Shown: positions 59,565 through 64,000 of the stretch, piece after piece | Layout of the letters: each line of letters starts with the position of its first letter | Position numbering within the stretch: position 1 is the stretch's first letter | Position numbers and translations under genes: made by a program | NCBI GenBank assembly: GCA_963706325.1 | Contig: CAVPLT010000006.1 | Coordinates: 128,001 to 192,000, forward strand | DNA from: an uncultured Nitrospiraceae bacterium | Lineage (GTDB): Bacteria > Nitrospirota > Nitrospiria > Nitrospirales > Nitrospiraceae | Reading direction: 5' to 3' | DNA: 64,000 nt | The notes under the pieces: model-generated | The model's input: only the letters and a program-made list of their open reading frames with translations | What the model was told of the DNA's origin: nothing | The model's database searches: none

Positions 59565-62063
59565 ATGGACCAACTACCAATAGAAGAGGCGTTACCACGT
59601 CTGCGAGCGGCCCTGGCCGACCGACAAGCGGCACTGCTGACAGCGCAGCCGGGCGCGGGGAAAACCACCCGAGTGCCGCTCGCGCTCCTCGACCAACCCT
59701 GGCTCGCCGGGCAGAAGGTGGTGCTGCTGGAGCCGCGTCGTCTGGCCGCGCGTGCAGCGGCAACCTATATGGCGGCGTCCTTGAACGAACCAGTCGGCCG
59801 AACCGTGGGATACCGGATTCGCCACGATACCAAGGTCGGACCGGACACGCGCATCGAAGTGGTGACCGAAGGCATTCTCACGCGCCTGCTTCAGCATGAT
59901 CCTTCACTCGCCGGGTACGGCCTCGTCATCTTCGATGAGTTTCACGAACGCAATCTGCAGGCAGATCTGGGCCTGGCCTTCGCGCGAGAATCCCAGCGGA
60001 TATTCCGACCGGACCTTCGCCTGCTGGTCATGTCGGCGACATTGGACTGTGCCGCCGTGACGCGTCTGCTCCATGATGCCGAGACCATCTCCTGCGAGGG
60101 CCGCCTCTTTCCTGTCAGCACGCATTACCTTCACCAGCCGATCGCAGGCCATCTCGAACCGGCCGTCGTGCAAAACATTCGTCAAGCCTTGGCCCGTGAT
60201 GCCGGGAGTCTATTGGTCTTTCTCCCGGGCATGGCTGAGATCCGTCGTGTCGAACGGCAGCTTCGAGACGCCTCGCTCGGTTCCGACATCCTCATCGCGC
60301 CCCTGCATGGAGCGCTGTCGCAGCAGGAACAGGAACAGGCGATTCTTCCCGCGCCGCCGGGCCAACGAAAGATTGTGCTCGCCACCTCCATCGCCGAAAC
60401 GAGTTTGACCATTGAAGGCGTGCGAGTCGTCATCGACGCCGGACTCATGCGCGTGCCGCGTTTCGATCCTCGCTCGGGATTGACCAGACTCGACACCATT
60501 CGTGTCACGCAGGATGCCGCTGACCAACGACGCGGCCGCGCCGGTCGCCTGGAACCCGGCAGCTGCTATCGACTCTGGACGGTCGCCGAGCAAGCAGCGC
60601 TTCTCCCCCGCCGTCCTCCGGAGATTCTGGAAGCAGATCTCACGCCGCTGGCCCTGGACTTGGCTGAGTGGGGCGCCGTCGAAGCGACCGAGTTGCCGTG
60701 GCTGGATCCACCGCCGACGGGCGCGTTGGCGCAGGCGCGTGAACTACTGCGGCAGCTTGGCGCGCTAAACGAAGAGGGCGCCCTCACGCCGCACGGCCGC
60801 CGGCTTGCTCACGTGACCGTCCATCCTCGGCTGGCCCATATGATGGTGACTGCCGCCTCGCTCGGCTGGGGAAACTCCGCCTGTGACTTGGCTGCGCTGC
60901 TGAGCGAACGCGATATTCTGCAAGGCGGACCAGGGTGGCGAAATGCCGATCTCCGCATCAGGATCGAAGCCTTGCGAGGCACGAGGGATCACCTGGCCGG
61001 AGCGACGATCAATCGAGCGGCCTGTGAGCGGGTGCGTCGCGCGTCGGAACAATGGCGGCGGCAGTTGCAACTCAAACCGACAGGCGGCGACAGTCCCGAT
61101 CATATCGGCATCCTGCTCGCCTTCGCCTATCCAGACCGCATCGCGCAACGAATCTCTGAAAACGACGGCCGGTATCGATTGGCCAACGGCCGCGGCGCGT
61201 CCTTCCAGACCGTTCAGGGGTTATCACAAGACGAATATCTGGTGGTCGCTCAGCTCGACGGCACCGGCGACTGGGCGAGGATTCTTCTCGCCGCACCCGT
61301 CACGCTGAATGAACTCAAACAATCTTGTCCGGATCAACTTCAGCGCGTCGACCTGCTGGAATGGGACGCACGTTCACAGAGCGTCCTGGCGAGACGACAG
61401 CAGCGGCTGGGGCAACTCATCCTCGACGACCGTGGGCTTCACGACCCCGATCACGAGGAAGTCTTGAGGGCGCTTCTATTAGGCATCCAACAGGCAGGAC
61501 TGGCCTGTCTGCCCTGGACGAAGGATCTGCAGCAGTGGCGGCGACGGGTCGCCTTCCTCCACCATGTCGATCCCGCCTGGCCGGATCTTTCGGACGAGGC
61601 GCTTGAGAAAGATCTCTCCCGCTGGTTAGGCCCCTACCTTGATGGCCTGACAAGTCTCGCGCAGGTCCGCCGCATCGATCTCCGGCCGCCGCTTGAAGCC
61701 CTGCTGACATGGCAACGGCGGCAGGAATTGGATCGCCTCATGCCCACGCATCTCACCGTACCTAGTGGGTCCCATGTGCGGTTGGATTACGAACAGGGTG
61801 AGACGCCGGTGCTGGCGGTGCGCTTGCAGGAAATGTTCGGCTGTCAGGAGACACCGCGGATTGCCGGAGGCAAAGTACCGGTCATTATCCATCTGCTGTC
61901 ACCGGCAGGACGGCCCGTGCAGGTCACGAAAGATTTGGCGAGCTTCTGGCGTTCAGCCTACCAAGAGGTGAAGAAAGAACTGCGAGGGCGTTATCCGCGG
62001 CACCATTGGCCCGATGATCCCCTGACGGCACAACCAACGAACCGTACCAAGCGACGTTCCTGA
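59565..62063 (+). CDS. hrpB: ATP-dependent helicase HrpB
   Basis: GAGKTT, DEFHER, MSAT, QRRGRAGR, C-terminal LLSPAGRPVQVT...YPRHHWP. Confidence 0.97.
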   Translation: MDQLPIEEALPRLRAALADRQAALLTAQPGAGKTTRVPLALLDQPWLAGQKVVLLEPRRLAARAAATYMAASLNEPVGRTVGYRIRHDTKVGPDTRIEVVTEGILTRLLQHDPSLAGYGLVIFDEFHERNLQADLGLAFARESQRIFRPDLRLLVMSATLDCAAVTRLLHDAETISCEGRLFPVSTHYLHQPIAGHLEPAVVQNIRQALARDAGSLLVFLPGMAEIRRVERQLRDASLGSDILIAPLHGALSQQEQEQAILPAPPGQRKIVLATSIAETSLTIEGVRVVIDAGLMRVPRFDPRSGLTRLDTIRVTQDAADQRRGRAGRLEPGSCYRLWTVAEQAALLPRRPPEILEADLTPLALDLAEWGAVEATELPWLDPPPTGALAQARELLRQLGALNEEGALTPHGRRLAHVTVHPRLAHMMVTAASLGWGNSACDLAALLSERDILQGGPGWRNADLRIRIEALRGTRDHLAGATINRAACERVRRASEQWRRQLQLKPTGGDSPDHIGILLAFAYPDRIAQRISENDGRYRLANGRGASFQTVQGLSQDEYLVVAQLDGTGDWARILLAAPVTLNELKQSCPDQLQRVDLLEWDARSQSVLARRQQRLGQLILDDRGLHDPDHEEVLRALLLGIQQAGLACLPWTKDLQQWRRRVAFLHHVDPAWPDLSDEALEKDLSRWLGPYLDGLTSLAQVRRIDLRPPLEALLTWQRRQELDRLMPTHLTVPSGSHVRLDYEQGETPVLAVRLQEMFGCQETPRIAGGKVPVIIHLLSPAGRPVQVTKDLASFWRSAYQEVKKELRGRYPRHHWPDDPLTAQPTNRTKRRS

Positions 62064-62440
62064 TCGGCCCTCATGAGATTCTCGTCTTTGCCTGTCAATT
62101 CCAGCTCATACCATTCAACGCCTGCCCGGACAGCACATCCACACCGACTCGCGCCAGAAAAAATAATTTGCCGTCACCTGCTCTTTTTCTTCGGCTCGCA
62201 CGGTGCTGATCCCCTCGTCTGTAGCTCAGGCACACACATTTTCTACGCTACGGAAGACCGAGCACATCACCTTGACGAAGATTCCCTAGGTGATAGGGTT
62301 AACTGAGCAGTGCAGATCGCCTCTCCTCTGAATAACGGATAAGAGCCGTGATTGAACCTCAGCGCATCGCTCTTCCACTCCGCGATTTTCCCCCTGGACA
62401 GCATCTAGTCCGATCTTAAGACTAGTGATCTGAAGCCCCC

Positions 62441-62764
62441 ATGAACCAGCAGCGCCAACAATACCGAATATCAATTGAACGTACCGGACGGCTCACGCGC
62501 CAGGGCGAGGTGAGCGAATGCCACGTATCGGACCTGACGGAACAAGGGTTTCAGATTCAAACGAACATTCCTCTCGCGATGGGCGAGGTGGTTCGCCTCA
62601 CCTGTCCGCTCGACCTTCACACGGAGGTCGAGTGTGGCATTGCGGTGACCCACGCACGCCCGCAGGTTTTCGGAACTCGCATCGTCGACATTGCGCCCGA
62701 ACAGCAAGAGCGTCTCGCGTGTTTCATTCAGCGCCTCATCACCTTGACCATGATGGGACTGTAG
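62441..62764 (+). CDS. Stand-alone PilZ domain protein
   Basis: RQQYR (RxxxR) and DLTEQG (D/NxSxxG-like). Confidence 0.8.
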   Translation: MNQQRQQYRISIERTGRLTRQGEVSECHVSDLTEQGFQIQTNIPLAMGEVVRLTCPLDLHTEVECGIAVTHARPQVFGTRIVDIAPEQQERLACFIQRLITLTMMGL

Positions 62765-62766
62765 CG

Positions 62767-63765
62767 ATGGCACCTGGGTCCGATCGGCCCGCCGCAAGAC
62801 CGGACGCTCGCCCCATCGACCGGTGGGTGCCAATGCTCTGTCTGACCGGCGTCATCATGCTCGTGAGTTCCATCACGCCCGCGATCAAGTACACACTCCA
62901 GCACAGCCCGGTGGATTTTCTCGAATTGGCATCCGTTCGCATCGTGATCGGATTCCTGTTTCTTGCAGGAATCACCACCTGGATCGACCTCCGCGGCCTG
63001 CGGGCCCTGTCGGCCCGTCACATGGTGCAACTGACTCTGCTGGGGATGCTCGGCGCGGGTGGCTACCCAATCGGCGCCTGGGGGTTGGCCTATACCAGCG
63101 TCACTCACTTTGCCATCATCTATAGTTTGCTCCCGACGTTCACCGCGCTCATCAGCATCGGCTGCAAACGAGATCGGGCTAATGTCTCGATGATTTCCGG
63201 CCTGCTCCTTTCCTGGGCCGGCTGTCTGCTCGCCGTCACCGGGAGCTTCTCCCTCTCGGGATCCGGCCTGGGATTCGGTGATGCCCTCATCCTTCTCTTT
63301 ACGCTGATGATGTCGTGTTATCTCGTCCTAAGCCCGAACCTCGTCAAACGACTCGGCGTCTGGACCTCCAACACCATCATGTTCGGAACAACGTCCGTTC
63401 TGATCCTGGCCGGCGAGACGGCCAGAGGCACGGCCCTGCACACCGATATGTCAGGCCTCGTGGTCGGACTGCTCTTCTTCATCGGCACGGCCACCGCAGG
63501 GGTGTTTCTGTTACGATCCCGAGCCTTGCAATCATTGACTCCTGCCATCGTGGGCGCCTATCACAACCTCATACCGATTTGCACTATCGGTCTCGCCTAT
63601 CTCCTGTTGAATGAGCCCGTGACGATGTTTACCATCCTCGGCGCAGCCACCGTGGTGGCCGGCACAGAGTTGGTACGGCGCGCACCCCTTGTGACCGCCG
63701 CCGGACGCAGCGTATCCGATCCCATCCAGCCCTGTGGTCTCAGACCCGGGACCATGAAGCGGTAG
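62767..63765 (+). CDS. DMT/EamA family transporter
   Basis: About 10 TM helices in two EamA-like repeats (LLLNEP). Confidence 0.85.
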   Translation: MAPGSDRPAARPDARPIDRWVPMLCLTGVIMLVSSITPAIKYTLQHSPVDFLELASVRIVIGFLFLAGITTWIDLRGLRALSARHMVQLTLLGMLGAGGYPIGAWGLAYTSVTHFAIIYSLLPTFTALISIGCKRDRANVSMISGLLLSWAGCLLAVTGSFSLSGSGLGFGDALILLFTLMMSCYLVLSPNLVKRLGVWTSNTIMFGTTSVLILAGETARGTALHTDMSGLVVGLLFFIGTATAGVFLLRSRALQSLTPAIVGAYHNLIPICTIGLAYLLLNEPVTMFTILGAATVVAGTELVRRAPLVTAAGRSVSDPIQPCGLRPGTMKR

Positions 63766-63871
63766 ACTGCACGGTCGGCTCATTGCGCCGATCAGTCCCC
63801 CTTGCTAAAGTCCGACCTTTCCAGCATCCTTGCCCTTCACCGTCTTACTCATCACCAGCAGCGAGCCCACG

Positions 63872-64000
63872 ATGGACCATTTCGCGATCGTCACTGCATT
63901 CGGGCAGGACCGCCCAGGCATGGTGGCCCTGATGGCGGACAGTCTCTACCAGCTCGGCTGTAATATTGAAGACACCTGTATGACCCGGCTGCGTGGCGAG
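63872..64000 (+). CDS. ACT-domain protein (GcvR-like), truncated by the window end
   Basis: MDHFAIVTAFGQDRPGMVA...GCNIED. Confidence 0.8.
   Translation, partial: MDHFAIVTAFGQDRPGMVALMADSLYQLGCNIEDTCMTRLRGE

Noticed and set aside
62064..62440. c-di-GMP riboswitch upstream of the PilZ gene
   Set aside because: No GEMM motif was recognised; only a short CTAGTC/GACTAG inverted repeat near 62405-62425.

Overview
A roughly 59% GC bacterial chromosomal window, most likely from Nitrospira (Nitrospirota). This is inferred from gene order, protein style and intergenic repeats, not from a database search. Most of it is core genome: crp-tkt; a PyrR-attenuated pyrR-pyrB-pyrC-carA-carB-greA operon with inserted sppA and M48 protease genes; bioA; lepA-lepB-hldA-kdsB-pyrG-kdsA-kdsD-pgsA-plsY-degP; an EF-G paralogue and radC; rsmD-coaD-aspC; tsaC-purD-purH; dnaE-accA; hrpB. 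An accessory block lies at about 42-53.6 kb. No rRNA, tRNA, CRISPR array, integrase or transposase was seen. The best candidates for new biology are: (1) a 1004-aa protein with a Venus-flytrap-like (type I periplasmic binding protein) domain fused to about 8 TM helices, next to a lipase-like hydrolase with an unknown C-terminal domain; (2) an exported leader peptide ending in RPPP (RAPP-like arrest motif) ahead of an orphan RND adaptor; (3) an unannotated minus-strand sigma70 transcript that folds into a rod and converges on a sigma54-driven Zn-ribbon gene; (4) a family of palindromic intergenic repeats with compensatory changes; (5) an EF-G paralogue with degenerate GTPase motifs, an apparently leaderless dnaE, and a DUF62 enzyme with a His-to-Glu change at the active-site motif.
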